DNA of 34,312 nucleotides from Chthoniobacteraceae bacterium (GCA_031409335.1 JANNWY010000016.1:1-34312); one strand, 5' to 3'; shown: positions 1-10,526, numbered from the stretch's first letter. Notes: generated by a model from the letters alone, not told the origin. Program-made: numbers and translations.

Positions 1-87
1 AACTGGAAGTCCGCAGCCAACCAATTCGCCATCCAATTCGGCCCGCGCTTCTGCCAGGCTGCCTCGTCCACAACGCAGGCTCCCTAG
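1..87 (+). CDS. IS256-family transposase, C-terminal end (partial, 5' truncated by window)
   Basis: Frame 1 reads NWKSAANQFAIQFGPRF...QAP* (TAG 85-87), matching the typical IS256/Mutator C-terminus W-K-x-A-x-N-Q-F-A-I-x-F-G-x-R-F. Not in ORF track. Confidence 0.8.
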   Translation, partial: NWKSAANQFAIQFGPRFCQAASSTTQAP

Positions 88-140
88 CCAATCCATCAAC
101 ACATCAACCCGCCCTTAAACACAAACTTTTGGACAGGTCC
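1..140 (+). mobile_element. Right end of IS256-family insertion sequence; terminal inverted repeat about 116-140
   Basis: TAAACACAAACTTTTGGACAGGTCC (116-140) follows the transposase stop; reverse complement GGACCTGTCCAAAAGTTTGTGTTTA resembles IS256-family GG-starting IRs. Left end is outside the window. Confidence 0.7.
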
Positions 141-190
141 ATGTCGGAAGTCGCAAGTGTAACTTAAACCCACAATAAAACTGTAGAACT

Positions 191-1270
191 ATGGCTAAGA
201 ACGCTCTGCCGGCTAACATCGGCGACCTCATCAAGCTCGGGAACAAGATGGTCGGTGGCCTGACGGCGCTGGGCCAGTCACTCAATATCACCCAACTCTT
301 GGCAGCGACGCTTCAGACACAGCTCAATGCCTTTGCGGCTGCGCAGATGGATTTCAATACGACCCGCGATGCACGGCAGGCAGCTTCCACGGTCTGCACG
401 GACCTTCATACAGACATCGGCGCATGGCTGCTGAAGGCGCGCGATGTCCTGCTACCCTATCTCGGGCGGTCGTGGTCGGCGGCTTGGATACCGGCGGGCT
501 TTACGGATCACTCGACGGCAGTGCCAAAATATATTGGCGATCAGTTGAATCTCCTCGGGCAGCTATCCGCTTACTTTACTGCCAACCCAGACTATGAAGA
601 CGCTGCGGTGGGTATCACCGGAGCTGCGGGTAATACTTTGAAGACGAACAGCAATGCGGCGGATAGCGCTTTCGATCTGGCGAAGACGACTGCGGCGACG
701 AAGAAGGATGCGCGCGATGCGGCGTTGGAGGCTTTGAAGGGTTCGATGCGGATGCTGGTGCGCATCCTCGAAGAACTGCTGGATGCGGACGATACGCGCT
801 GGACGACCTTTGGCCTGAATATCCCGGATGCGGATACGACTCCGGCGGCTCCCACAAATCTGACGGCGAATTTTGCCGACGGGCCGGTGCTGCTGGCGGC
901 GTGCGATGCGGTGCCGCTGGCGACGCGTTATCGCTGGAGGATCAAACTCGTGGGTCTGGAGACGGAATTTCGTCTGGCGGCGAGTACGAAATCGCCGCTG
1001 GCACAGCTCGACAAGGTGCTGCCGGGACAGTCGGTGGAACTCATCGTGCAGGCGGCGAATCAGACTTTGCAGAGCCTGCCGAGCGAGAGTGTTTTTGTGA
1101 CGCTGCCGCTCGGGAACGCGGCGGTGAGCGGAGCGGCTGCACCGGTCTCCGGCGAAGCCGTGGCGGGCTATTCCTCGCTGCAACCCGCCGTCCCTACCCC
1201 GACGAATGCCGAGGGCAATGGCGCAACGCGCAGCAGCCGGAAGGTGGAGCCGAACGGGGCGCGACATTAG
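191..1270 (+). CDS. Hypothetical protein: helical N-terminal region, fibronectin type III-like domain, low-complexity tail
   Basis: 359-aa ORF; FN3-like pattern PAAPTNLTA...ATRYRWR...[14 protein letters not shown]...SLPSESV; followed by a terminator. Confidence 0.7.
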   Translation: MAKNALPANIGDLIKLGNKMVGGLTALGQSLNITQLLAATLQTQLNAFAAAQMDFNTTRDARQAASTVCTDLHTDIGAWLLKARDVLLPYLGRSWSAAWIPAGFTDHSTAVPKYIGDQLNLLGQLSAYFTANPDYEDAAVGITGAAGNTLKTNSNAADSAFDLAKTTAATKKDARDAALEALKGSMRMLVRILEELLDADDTRWTTFGLNIPDADTTPAAPTNLTANFADGPVLLAACDAVPLATRYRWRIKLVGLETEFRLAASTKSPLAQLDKVLPGQSVELIVQAANQTLQSLPSESVFVTLPLGNAAVSGAAAPVSGEAVAGYSSLQPAVPTPTNAEGNGATRSSRKVEPNGARH

Positions 1271-1302
1271 GCAAAGATTTGTTGTTTGGTTGACATACGG
1301 AG

Positions 1303-1335
1303 CGCCCCGGTGGCAGCCGCCGCCGGGGCGTTTTT
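1303..1335 (+). terminator. Intrinsic (rho-independent) terminator
   Basis: Stem CGCCCCGGTGGC / GCCGCCGGGGCG (one G-U pair), 4-nt loop, then TTTTT, about 30 bp after the stop at 1270. Confidence 0.8.
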
Positions 1336-1479
1336 CGTGTGGCGGAAAGAACCGTAGTTGGGGAAAGGTGGGCGGAAGGGGGGAAGCATCGCTTCTTGAG
1401 ATTCGCTCTTGGTGGCGGCGGCGATGTTTTGGAAGAGTGGATGCGGTGGCCGTGGTTTTGTCCGCGGTTCGGCATCACC

Positions 1480-1508
1480 TTGCCAGCGCGCTTTCGAGCC
1501 GCTAGCCT
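1480..1508 (+). promoter_or_regulatory. Putative sigma70 promoter for ilvD
   Basis: TTGCCA-17 bp-TAGCCT, 13 bp upstream of ATG 1522. Confidence 0.5.
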
Positions 1509-1521
1509 CGCGTCCCTTTTT

Positions 1522-3291
1522 ATGAGCAAGACCGCATCCCGCCCCGCCAAAAAAATCTCCGCCGGCAAGAGCCTCGTCCGCGAACACTCGAGGCTCGTCG
1601 TCGATGGCGTCGAACGCGCCGCGTCGCGCGCGATGCTGCACGCGGTCGGGTTCACGCGGTCCGATTTTAAGAAATCACAGATCGGCATCGCTTCGACGTG
1701 GGCCATGGTGACGCCGTGCAACATGCACATCGACGGGCTCGCCCGGCAGGCGGAAGCGGGTGCGAATGCGGCCGGTGCGAAGGCGGTCATTTTTAATACG
1801 ATCACGATTTCCGATGGCATCTCGATGGGGACCGAGGGGATGAAGTACTCGCTGGTTTCGCGCGAGGTCATCGCGGATTCGATCGAGACGGTGATGGGCT
1901 GCGAAGGCTTCGACGGGCTCGTGGCGATCGGCGGGTGCGACAAGAATATGCCCGGCTGCCTCATCGCGATCGCGCGGCTGAACCGGCCCGCGGTGTTCGT
2001 GTACGGCGGGACGATCCTGCCGGGCTGTATCGGCGGAATCCTTGCGGGGAAGCGGCTGCGCAAGGAGCGCGCGGAACTTCTCGGCGAGAAAAAGCTCGAT
2101 GTCGTGTCGTGCTTCGAGGCTGTCGGCCAGCACGCAAATGGGCAGCTCGACGACCGCGAACTCGCGCTCATCGAAGAGCAGGCGATCCCCGGCGCGGGTT
2201 CGTGCGGTGGGATGTACACCGCGAACACGATGGCGAGCGCGATCGAGGCGCTCGGCATGTCGCTGCCAAATTCTTCCGCGCAAAACGCGATCTCCCGCGA
2301 GAAGCAACTCGATGCCCGCGCCGCCGGAGCCGCTGTGCAGGAGCTGCTCAAGCGCGGCATCCGCCCGCTCGACATCATGACGCGCGCGGCGTTCGAGAAC
2401 GCCATCACCGTCGTGATCGCGCTCGGCGGTTCCACCAATGCCGTGCTGCATCTGCTGGCGATGGCGCACTCGGCCGGCGTGAAGCTCGAACTCGACGATT
2501 TCACGCGCATCGGCAAACGCGTGCCGGTGCTGGCGGACGTGAAACCGAGCGGCAAATACCTTATGTCCGAACTCGTCGCCATCGGCGGCCAGACGCCGCT
2601 GATGAAGATGCTGCTCGAAGCCGGCCTGCTCCACGGCGACTGCCTCACCGTCACCGGCAAAACCGTCGCGCAGAACCTGAAATCCGTGAAGCCCTACCCG
2701 AAAGGCCAGGAAATCATCCGCCCGCTCGACAACCCGATCAAACGCGACTCGCACCTCGTCATCCTTCGCGGAAACCTCGCGCCCGATGGCGCCGTCGCGA
2801 AAATCTCCGGCAAGGAGGGATTGGTCTTTTCCGGCAAAGCCATCGTCTTTGAAAACGAGCAGGACGCGCTCGCCGCGATCCTCGATGGCCGGGTGAAGAA
2901 GGGCCACATCATCGTCATCCGCCACGAAGGCCCGGTCGGCGGCCCCGGCATGCGCGAGATGCTTTCGCCGACTTCCGCGGTGATGGGGAAGGGGCTCGGC
3001 AAAGACGTGGCGCTCATCACCGACGGACGGTTCTCCGGCGGCTCGCACGGTTTCGTCGTCGGCCACATCACGCCGGAGGCCGCCCTCGGTGGTCCGCTGG
3101 CGATCGTGAAAAACGGCGACCCCATCACCATCGACGCCGAAAAACGCGCGCTTCATCTCGCCATCCCCGCGGCGGACATCAAAGCGCGCCTCGCGAAATG
3201 GAAGGCGCCGAAGTCTTCATACACGCGCGGTGTGCTGGCGAAATATGCGAAGTGCGTGAGCACCGCGAGCAACGGCGCGGTCACGGATTAG
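1522..3291 (+). CDS. ilvD: Dihydroxy-acid dehydratase
   Basis: Motifs [71 protein letters not shown]. Start placed at MSKT (1522) rather than 1339, based on the promoter position. Confidence 0.97.
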   Translation: MSKTASRPAKKISAGKSLVREHSRLVVDGVERAASRAMLHAVGFTRSDFKKSQIGIASTWAMVTPCNMHIDGLARQAEAGANAAGAKAVIFNTITISDGISMGTEGMKYSLVSREVIADSIETVMGCEGFDGLVAIGGCDKNMPGCLIAIARLNRPAVFVYGGTILPGCIGGILAGKRLRKERAELLGEKKLDVVSCFEAVGQHANGQLDDRELALIEEQAIPGAGSCGGMYTANTMASAIEALGMSLPNSSAQNAISREKQLDARAAGAAVQELLKRGIRPLDIMTRAAFENAITVVIALGGSTNAVLHLLAMAHSAGVKLELDDFTRIGKRVPVLADVKPSGKYLMSELVAIGGQTPLMKMLLEAGLLHGDCLTVTGKTVAQNLKSVKPYPKGQEIIRPLDNPIKRDSHLVILRGNLAPDGAVAKISGKEGLVFSGKAIVFENEQDALAAILDGRVKKGHIIVIRHEGPVGGPGMREMLSPTSAVMGKGLGKDVALITDGRFSGGSHGFVVGHITPEAALGGPLAIVKNGDPITIDAEKRALHLAIPAADIKARLAKWKAPKSSYTRGVLAKYAKCVSTASNGAVTD

Positions 3292-3370
3292 CGCGCGCCA
3301 CTCACCACTCGACAGCGCCAGATTCGCGCCCTAGTTTTTCATCGCTCTCACCGGGCATCCTCCAAATTCC

Positions 3371-4027
3371 ATGAAACGCTCCGCATTCACCCTCATCGAA
3401 CTCCTCGTCGTCATCGCGATCATCGCCATCCTCGCCGGGATCGCGCTGCCCGTTTTTGGCAAAGTCCAGGAACGCAGCCGCGGCATCAATTGCGCGGCCA
3501 ATTTGAAACAAATCGGCGTCGGACTTCAGGCGTATCTCAATGATCAAGACGACCAGTATTTCCCGATCGACGGCAAGGACGACTCGGCGTGGCCGCGCCT
3601 GCTCAATCCACGCTATATCCCGGGTTGGAAGGTTTTCCGCTCTCCCTTCGACAAAGTGACCGGGGACCGGCCGGAACTCCAAAAAGAGCCCGGCGTGCCA
3701 GTGAGCTACGGCATCAATCAGTTTTGCCTGGGGACGAATGCCGGGAAGTTCGTCGCCCCGACGCAACTCGTCATCATGGCGCCGGCGATGCTGGATCAGG
3801 AGCTGCTGGCTTTTATCGGGACGAGCGAGTCTCACCCGATCCTGCTCAAGCCGTCACCGGGTGCGGCAAAGCGCGGAACGCACTTCAATCGCGCCCAGAT
3901 CAACGCGCTGTATGGCGACTGGCATGTCTCCACCCTGACCTTCAAGGAGTTTGCGAGTTCCGAAGACGAGGAGGGGTTGAAACGCTGGTTCCCCGAGGGC
4001 GAGGAGCCCAAAAAACCGGGTCAGTAG
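3371..4027 (+). CDS. Prepilin-type N-terminal cleavage/methylation domain protein (PVC H-X9-DG-like family)
   Basis: [21 protein letters not shown]-x-x-NLKQIG, and C-terminal H...NALYGDWHV. Confidence 0.9.
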   Translation: MKRSAFTLIELLVVIAIIAILAGIALPVFGKVQERSRGINCAANLKQIGVGLQAYLNDQDDQYFPIDGKDDSAWPRLLNPRYIPGWKVFRSPFDKVTGDRPELQKEPGVPVSYGINQFCLGTNAGKFVAPTQLVIMAPAMLDQELLAFIGTSESHPILLKPSPGAAKRGTHFNRAQINALYGDWHVSTLTFKEFASSEDEEGLKRWFPEGEEPKKPGQ

Positions 4028-4047
4028 CAAACGCGGCGCGCGCGCCG

Positions 4048-4620
4048 TCACTCCAGGAAAGAACACTTGGCGTGGACGCTGTCGGCAAGGCGCTCGATGT
4101 ATTGCCTGCGGGAAATTTCCAGCACGCCGAAGCGCTCGAGATGTGGAGTCGTCCACTGCGTATCGAGCAGCAAAAAGCCGCGCTCGCGCAGCCGCGTGAC
4201 GAGCGCGTGAAGGGCGACCTTTGACGCGTCGGTGACGACGTGAAACATCGACTCGCCAAAAAACGCGCCGCCGAGCGCGACGCCATAGAGGCCGCCAGCG
4301 AGTGCGCCATTGCACCATGCCTCGACCGAATGCGCGTAACCCTCGCGGTGAAGATTGACGTAACTTTCGACAATCTCCTCGTTGATCCACGTCTCTTTCC
4401 GGCGCGCGCAATGGCGGATCACCGTATCAAACGCGGTATTGATGCGAATCTCGAATGGGTTGTTTTTGAGCGTGCGCTTCAAGCCGTGCGGAACGTGAAA
4501 CGTCTCCAGCGGAATGATGGCGCGCGGATCGGGCGAGAACCATTGGATTTCGCCATCTTCCATAGCCATCGGGAAGACGCCGTTGCGATACGCGTGCAGC
4601 ATGAGATTCGTGGCGATCAT
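4048..4620 (-). CDS. aat: Leucyl/phenylalanyl-tRNA--protein transferase
   Basis: AYRNGVFPM, WFSPDPRA, AHSVEAW, GGLYGVALGGAFFGESMF, DASKVAL. Confidence 0.95.
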   Translation of the reverse strand: MIATNLMLHAYRNGVFPMAMEDGEIQWFSPDPRAIIPLETFHVPHGLKRTLKNNPFEIRINTAFDTVIRHCARRKETWINEEIVESYVNLHREGYAHSVEAWCNGALAGGLYGVALGGAFFGESMFHVVTDASKVALHALVTRLRERGFLLLDTQWTTPHLERFGVLEISRRQYIERLADSVHAKCSFLE

Positions 4621-4627
4621 CCGCGGG

Positions 4628-5200
4628 CTAGTGGAGCATCGCGAGCGGGTTTGGCTCGCGGATCAGCGTGGCGTCGAGATCGAGGAAAAAATCCAGGCGG
4701 CGCTCAGTCGCGGCGAGGTCGATGTGGCGGGCCATGATGAGGTAGGATGCGTAGTGATTGCCCTCGCTCTCGACGAGGCTCGCGTAGAAGTCCGCGAGCG
4801 GCGCATCGAGATCGCGCACGCCCCCGGCAAGCAGTTGAAATTTCTCGCAACTCCGGCCTTCGATGAGCGCGAGAACGACGAGGTGATCGATGACTTGTTC
4901 GCGCCGCCCTTTGCGCACGGCGGCCATCATTCCGCTGATCCACGGGCTGCGCTGCGGATTGTGAAACGGGATGCCGCGCTCGCGCAGCAGGCCCAGCACG
5001 AGGTCGAAGTGTTGCAGTTCCTCGATGGCGATCGCGTTCAACTCGCTCACGCGATCGTGCAGCTCGACGTACTTTTCCAAGTTCAGCGCGGAGGTCGCGG
5101 CCTTGCGTTCAAGATGGGCGTGATCGACCAGCACGGGCGCGAGATTTGCGCGAATCTTCGGGAGCCAGGTTTCGGGAAGTTTTTCGCGCCAAAGCAGCAT
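4628..5200 (-). CDS. miaE: tRNA-(ms2io6A) hydroxylase MiaE (ferritin-like diiron)
   Basis: DHAHLERKAA, EELQHF, IEGRSCEKF, ESEGNHY; start placed at MLLW (5200). Confidence 0.88.
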   Translation of the reverse strand: MLLWREKLPETWLPKIRANLAPVLVDHAHLERKAATSALNLEKYVELHDRVSELNAIAIEELQHFDLVLGLLRERGIPFHNPQRSPWISGMMAAVRKGRREQVIDHLVVLALIEGRSCEKFQLLAGGVRDLDAPLADFYASLVESEGNHYASYLIMARHIDLAATERRLDFFLDLDATLIREPNPLAMLH

Positions 5201-5305
5201 CAGCCATTCGGATAGCGAGTTTTCCCTGTTCCGCAAAGCCGCTTCGCGAGATCGCTGCAATCGGCGCTTCCACTTCCATGAAATCCCCGCAAGCGCACGG
5301 CACCG

Positions 5306-8300
5306 TCACGGCTGCGTGATTTTCAGGCGGATGAAACGCGGATCGGTCCCGCGCGGGATGGGATCGCGGAAGACGACAGTCTCGGTGCCGTCGCCGTTGG
5401 CGATCGGTGCGCCGTCTTGCACCGCGGCGGTCCAAGTTCCGGCGGCGAGTGTGCCGGAGACTTCGGCGGCGTAGGTGATGGCGATGCGGACGATCGGGCG
5501 GCGGACTTGCAGCGCGAGGTAGTCGGTGCCGCTTACGTTTCGCCAAATCGAAGTCGGGAGCGCAGCGGAAGCGGCGCTGTTCGCGATCGTGCCGAGCGCG
5601 TGTTCGATGAGATTTTTCACGCCGTCGAAATCGGGGTCGGCGAGCGGGCCGATGATGTTTGCGTCGGTCACGCCGGGCCAGATGAGGCTTTGCCAGTCGG
5701 CGAAGATGTTCGCATTTGCGGCGACGGTTACGGCGATTTCCGCGAAGTCTTGCGCAGCGGAATTCGTGGCGGTGAGCCGCAGCACATGCGCGCCGGGCTG
5801 GTTGAAAGTGACCGTCGTTGCGGGGCTCGCGGCGTTTGCGAAAGTCGCGGTGCCGGGGCCGGTGACTTTGCTCCACGCGGTCGTGAGCGTGCCGGTGATG
5901 TCGTTGCTCGCGCTGCCGCTGAGGTTCGCGGCGATGGCGTTTGTCGCGGCGGGTGTGGTGCCGCAGGAAACTGTGGGCGCGAAATTTCCACCGGCGATGG
6001 CGGCGACTTCCGATGCTGGCAGCGCGCGGCGGTGGAAGCGCACGTCATCGACGAGCCCGTCGAGAAACGCCGTGGTGCCGACGTGCGTGATGCCGACTTT
6101 CAGCGACGACGTGTAATTTGGAACGCTCGCGCTGGTTTCATCGGCGACGACATCGAGCACACCATTGACGTAAAGCCGGGCGCGCGAGGCGGCGGCGAGC
6201 GCGCCGTCGAAAACGACGGCGACGTGATACCACGCGCCGGTCGCGAAAGCGGTGTTGCTGGTGAAGCGGTCGTTGTTCGTGTCGATATCGACATTCAAGC
6301 GGGCGTCGGTTTGCAGGAAGGTCGTGTAAGCGTTGTTGTCGGTGATGTTCGTGCGTTTCGAGACGAGGCCTGCGCCGTTGATCGTGTTCACCTTGAACCA
6401 GTACGAAAGCGTGAACGCGCTCGTGCCATCGAGCGTGTTCGCATCGGGCACGGTCAGGTAGCTGTCGGTGCCGTTGAATGCCGCCGCGCCGAGCACTTGC
6501 CCGCCCGCAGGCTGCCAGGTCACGCCGCCGGTCGCGGTGCCGTTGTTGCCGCTGCCGGAGCTGTCCGCCGCGCTGCTCTCGTTTAGCTTCAGCCATAGCG
6601 TGCGCGTGGCATCGGGCGACGCGATCACATTCACCGTGAACCGCGACGCACCCGTGCCCGCGCCAGTCGTGGCGGCGCATTGCAGCACATACGTTCCCGT
6701 CGCGGAAAAACTCGCGCTGGTATCCGCGAGCGCTGCGTTTGTGAAGATTACTGTGCCTGGCCCGCTCACCTTCGTCCACGCGACGACGGGCGTGCCTTGC
6801 GTGCCGATGTCGGTGAGCGCGGCGGTGACGCGCAGCCGCGTGGAAACACCGGGCAGCGTGAGGCCATCGGCGGGGCTCGTGATCGCGACATCGGGCGGCG
6901 GCAGCGTGAGCGTCACGTTATCCAGCACGGCTTCGGTGAGCAGCGCGTCGTCGTGCGAACACGCGGGCAGGCCGACGTAAATCGTGGACGCCATCGCGAT
7001 CGTGAGCGGCGGGCCGACGCGCGTCCATGTCGCGCCATCGGTCGAGTAGTAGCCAGTAAAAATGTTGCCGCGCCGCGCGAGGCGGACCCACGGCGGATTC
7101 GTCACGTCGCCCACACCGTTGGCGCTGCTGCTGCTGCCGGTCGCGGTGCGGCGGATGAGTTCCACGTTTTGCCCCGGCGTCCAATCCACCATCACGCTCC
7201 GCGCGCCGCTGCTCAGCGACTCGCGCATCATCACGCCGGTCTTCGCGGCGATGTTCGTGTTGTCGAGGCCGAGGATGCGCGCGGTGATTTGCCCGTCGCC
7301 CGTCATCGGCTGATTAACGAAATGGAACTTGTCCGACGCGCTCCAGATATCCGCGCCCGCCGCCTGGATCACGAACCGATCCCCGAGCACGCCCGCGATT
7401 CCATCGAGCGGAATATCCGTCACATCCTGGCTCGCCCACGGCGCGGTGAGCGGCTGATGGAGGAAAAATGAATCCGCGTAAGTCGTCGCCGTGCTGCTCC
7501 CGCGGAACGCGAAAACCGTCGCCGTCGTGTTCGCCGCGCCGGTTGTGAAATTCACCGTCCCGCGCGTCCACGCGCTCGCCACCACGTTCGTCGTCACCTG
7601 CGCGCCGCCGTGATTTTTCACACCGATGTTCAAGCCCTGCCCGCCATTCGTCGTCCAGCCGCTGAGCCGGTATGCCGTGTTCGGCGCGAGACCCACGATC
7701 TCCTGCTCCACGCCCGCCGATGATCCGCTATTTGGAATCCGGATCGCGTAGTCACCGCCGTAATCATTTCCATCGCTCGAAACCACCGTGCCGCCGTACC
7801 AAGTCCACGGCGTCAGCGCACCCGCTTCCAGCCCGCCATTCGTCACCGTCTCCGCGCGCCGCACCAGGAAATCATCCGCGTACGCGACCGTCCCCGCTGT
7901 TCCCGCAAAGGCGAACACCGCCGCCGAGCGATTCGTCGCGCCTGTGGTGAAAGGCACCGTCGCTTTTGAAAAAGTGCCGCTCGTGATCGTCTGCCCGACC
8001 TGCGCGCCGCCGAAGTTTTTCGCGCCGATGAGCAGGCTCGGCGAAACCGTCCCCGCATCGCCCCACGCCGTCAGCACATAATCCGTCGCGGGCAGCAATC
8101 CGCGAATCGTCTGCTCGACCGATGCGCCCGACGCATTCGTCGGCGCGATCTTTGCCGCACCCGCCGCATTGTGCCCGCCGGTCGCCGACCAACTCCCCTG
8201 ATTGAACGCCCCGAACGGCGCGAGCCGCGCCTCGAAGTCGCCATTCACCGCCGTCTCCGCGCGCTGATACACGCGCACGTAATCGACCACCATCTTCGTC

Positions 8301-9094
8301 GTCGTGGTCAGCAGCGCACCGTATCCCGCCGCCGGAATCGGCCCCGCCCAGGTCGTGCTCGTGTCATCCACTTCGCTGCTCAAAATGATGAACTCGCTGC
8401 GCTGCGAAACCGGCGAACCTGCCGCGTCATTCACCGTCCAGCGCAGCACACCGTCGATGTAGAAACGCTGCTGCGTCGGCGTCCACTCCATCCCGTAAAC
8501 GTGATAGCCCGAACCCAGCCCGAGATTTCCCGAATCGTAACCCACGCTTCGGTGCGCCGCGCCGTAGCCATCCCAGTGGATGTTTCCCACGATCTTCCCG
8601 TCGATATTCGTGCCGCCGCCATCCACGAAACGATGCTCGCAAATATCAATCTCCGTCCCCGCGCCCTGCCCATCGCCGATCGGATTTCCCATCGTCGGCG
8701 ACTGCATCCAAAACGCCGACCACATCCCCGCCGTATCGCCGTAATTGATGCGCGCCTCAATGTAGCCATACGCCGGCAGATATTTCCCATCGGTGGAAAT
8801 CATGCCCGTGTAGTGCGTGCCGCCGCTGGTGTAAGTCGCGATCGTCACCGCGCCGCCGCCGACCGAAACCGCGGTCGGCGTATTCACCGCATCGCGCCGC
8901 GCCCCTGTGAGCCAGTAAATCCATTTGGAAGTATCGAGCGTCGTCCCGTCGAACTCATCATTCCACACCAGCGACCAGCCATTCGTCGGCACTTCCGCGC
9001 GCAGAGTGGCGCAGAGCAGGAGCAGGAAAAAGGCGCGTGTTTTCAATGGCAGGGCGAAACAGTGGACGTTTGCATCACGGCGGCAAGTCGTCAT
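5306..9094 (-). CDS. Secreted modular glycoside hydrolase family 16 (GH16, two CBM4/9-like modules, ConA-like domain, PKD/Ig-like, LamG, PKD/Ig-like, C-terminal domain)
   Basis: Signal-like AFFLLLLCATLRA; WSLVWNDEFDG, GYIEAR, WSAFW and catalytic EIDICE; NGDFE/NGGLE repeats; GADIW...GDGQITARI; LamG GAAAFNG...WYHVAVV...LYVNG...GLVDDVR; two WxKVxGPGT modules; DPDFDGVKNLIEHALG tail. Exact start uncertain. Confidence 0.88.
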   Translation of the reverse strand: MTTCRRDANVHCFALPLKTRAFFLLLLCATLRAEVPTNGWSLVWNDEFDGTTLDTSKWIYWLTGARRDAVNTPTAVSVGGGAVTIATYTSGGTHYTGMISTDGKYLPAYGYIEARINYGDTAGMWSAFWMQSPTMGNPIGDGQGAGTEIDICEHRFVDGGGTNIDGKIVGNIHWDGYGAAHRSVGYDSGNLGLGSGYHVYGMEWTPTQQRFYIDGVLRWTVNDAAGSPVSQRSEFIILSSEVDDTSTTWAGPIPAAGYGALLTTTTKMVVDYVRVYQRAETAVNGDFEARLAPFGAFNQGSWSATGGHNAAGAAKIAPTNASGASVEQTIRGLLPATDYVLTAWGDAGTVSPSLLIGAKNFGGAQVGQTITSGTFSKATVPFTTGATNRSAAVFAFAGTAGTVAYADDFLVRRAETVTNGGLEAGALTPWTWYGGTVVSSDGNDYGGDYAIRIPNSGSSAGVEQEIVGLAPNTAYRLSGWTTNGGQGLNIGVKNHGGAQVTTNVVASAWTRGTVNFTTGAANTTATVFAFRGSSTATTYADSFFLHQPLTAPWASQDVTDIPLDGIAGVLGDRFVIQAAGADIWSASDKFHFVNQPMTGDGQITARILGLDNTNIAAKTGVMMRESLSSGARSVMVDWTPGQNVELIRRTATGSSSSANGVGDVTNPPWVRLARRGNIFTGYYSTDGATWTRVGPPLTIAMASTIYVGLPACSHDDALLTEAVLDNVTLTLPPPDVAITSPADGLTLPGVSTRLRVTAALTDIGTQGTPVVAWTKVSGPGTVIFTNAALADTSASFSATGTYVLQCAATTGAGTGASRFTVNVIASPDATRTLWLKLNESSAADSSGSGNNGTATGGVTWQPAGGQVLGAAAFNGTDSYLTVPDANTLDGTSAFTLSYWFKVNTINGAGLVSKRTNITDNNAYTTFLQTDARLNVDIDTNNDRFTSNTAFATGAWYHVAVVFDGALAAASRARLYVNGVLDVVADETSASVPNYTSSLKVGITHVGTTAFLDGLVDDVRFHRRALPASEVAAIAGGNFAPTVSCGTTPAATNAIAANLSGSASNDITGTLTTAWSKVTGPGTATFANAASPATTVTFNQPGAHVLRLTATNSAAQDFAEIAVTVAANANIFADWQSLIWPGVTDANIIGPLADPDFDGVKNLIEHALGTIANSAASAALPTSIWRNVSGTDYLALQVRRPIVRIAITYAAEVSGTLAAGTWTAAVQDGAPIANGDGTETVVFRDPIPRGTDPRFIRLKITQP

Positions 9095-9170
9095 GCGGGA
9101 AAAGTGGAGATCGCTTTGTCTCGGCGTGATTCAAAGTGGTGCAAATTTCAGGGTCGGGGTGGCCCTGCCG

Positions 9171-9278
9171 GCGGCCAAACGCCAAACGCCAAACGCCAAA
9201 GGAAGGTCCGCACGAGCGCGTCACCTCTTTGGCGTTTGAAGTTTGGCGTTTGGCGTTTGGCGTTTGGCGTTTGGCCGC
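9171..9278. repeat. Inverted heptamer array (GCCAAAC)4 - spacer - (GTTTGGC)~7, intergenic
   Basis: Directly visible; arms closed by GCGG/CCGC; one variant unit GTTTGAA. Confidence 0.95.
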
Positions 9279-9413
9279 ACGCAGCGCACCACGCGAAAGC
9301 GCAGACGCGACCGACCGCGGACACTTCATGCACCACTTCCAATCACACCCGCTTCGCCCGAAGATTTTGAAAATCCGCTCGCACCCGCGCATTTCCATTC
9401 ACAGTATTTTTTG

Positions 9414-10526
9414 ATGACCGACCAGCCAGCACTCTCGATCAAATCCGACCCATCCTTGGGTGTGTACATCTGCGTCGCCGCTGAGGACGCCGACGAAATC
9501 CGCTTGTGCATGGAGGAAGAAGGCATCCGCTTTGTGGACGATCCTAAGCATGTGCAGAGGCTCACTGAGCCGGGCGGCAGCACGTTCGTTTTCGGCAAGA
9601 TTCATCCAGTATGGCTCCGCACCGTGCTCGACGAAAATGGCTTCGTGGCGGAACTCGCCGACGACATCCGTCTCTCGGAAGATTCCTACGCGCCTCCGCT
9701 GGACCGTTTGCTGAAACTGGGAATGCCGCCGCACGACGCCACGAGTGTGGACTGCGCGGCGCTGGGGCTCGACCGCGCGCACATTCCCGAGTTGATCCGC
9801 ATGGCGACGGATGCGGAGCTGAATGGCGGGCCAGCGGATAGTCCGATCGTGTACGCGCCGATCCACGCATGGCGCGCGCTCGGGCACCTCCGCGCGGAAG
9901 AGGCGGTCGTCGCGCTGCTCGGTTTGCTGCGCCGGATCGAGGAAGATCAGGATGACTGGGTGGGCGAGGATTTGCCCAAAGTGCTGGGGGAAATCGGACC
10001 GGCTGCGATTCAGCCGGTCACGGACTATTTGGCCGATTCGTCCCACGGGGAATGGGCGCGCGTGGCAGCTGCGAAAACGATTGAGATGATCGCGAAATCG
10101 CACCCCGCGATACGCGCGGATTGCGTGACCCGCCTCTGCGCGCAGTTGGTGCGGTGCGACGAACAACCGGAGATCCTGAATACTTTCCTGATTTCGCCGC
10201 TTCTGGAGTTGAAAGCCGTGGAAGCCCTTGCGGAAATCGAGCGGGCGTTTGCTTCCGGTCGGGTGGATGAATCGGTGAACGGCGACTGGGAGGACGCGCA
10301 AATCGAACTCGGGCTGAAGACGACCCGCGAGCATCCCCGCAAGCCGAACCGCCTGACGGAGTGGCAGGAGGAATATCAGGCGCAAATGGCGATGGACGAT
10401 GCGCTCGACGAGGCGGACGGATACGACGCGCCGGGCGAGCCTTACGTGGCTCCGCCAAAAGTGGGCCGCAACGACCAGTGCCCATGCGGCAGCGGGAAGA
10501 AGTTCAAGAAATGTTGCGGCGGGTGA
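9414..10526 (+). CDS. DUF1186/HEAT-like protein with C-terminal SEC-C Zn-binding motif
   Basis: IHAWRALGHLRAEEA, HEAT-like helices, KVGRNDQCPCGSGKKFKKCCG. Start placed at ATG 9414 because the longer ORF begins inside the repeat. Confidence 0.85.
   Translation: MTDQPALSIKSDPSLGVYICVAAEDADEIRLCMEEEGIRFVDDPKHVQRLTEPGGSTFVFGKIHPVWLRTVLDENGFVAELADDIRLSEDSYAPPLDRLLKLGMPPHDATSVDCAALGLDRAHIPELIRMATDAELNGGPADSPIVYAPIHAWRALGHLRAEEAVVALLGLLRRIEEDQDDWVGEDLPKVLGEIGPAAIQPVTDYLADSSHGEWARVAAAKTIEMIAKSHPAIRADCVTRLCAQLVRCDEQPEILNTFLISPLLELKAVEALAEIERAFASGRVDESVNGDWEDAQIELGLKTTREHPRKPNRLTEWQEEYQAQMAMDDALDEADGYDAPGEPYVAPPKVGRNDQCPCGSGKKFKKCCGG

Noticed and set aside
1339..1521. N-terminal extension of ilvD in the ORF track
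   Set aside because: Non-homologous G-rich sequence upstream of a plausible promoter; ATG 1522 preferred.
1194..3156. Long antisense ORFs over ilvD, and similar ones such as 10677-12707, 24137-26842, 25933-27774 and 33710-34312
   Set aside because: Shadow ORFs expected at high GC; they overlap well-supported genes and lack recognisable motifs.
9171..9278. CRISPR array interpretation of this and the other repeats
   Set aside because: Units are 7-9 bp, adjacent and inverted, with no unique spacers and no cas genes.
9243..9413. N-terminal extension of the DUF1186 ORF
   Set aside because: Starts at a TTG inside the heptamer array without RBS or coupling support, so it is not counted as an in-frame insertion.
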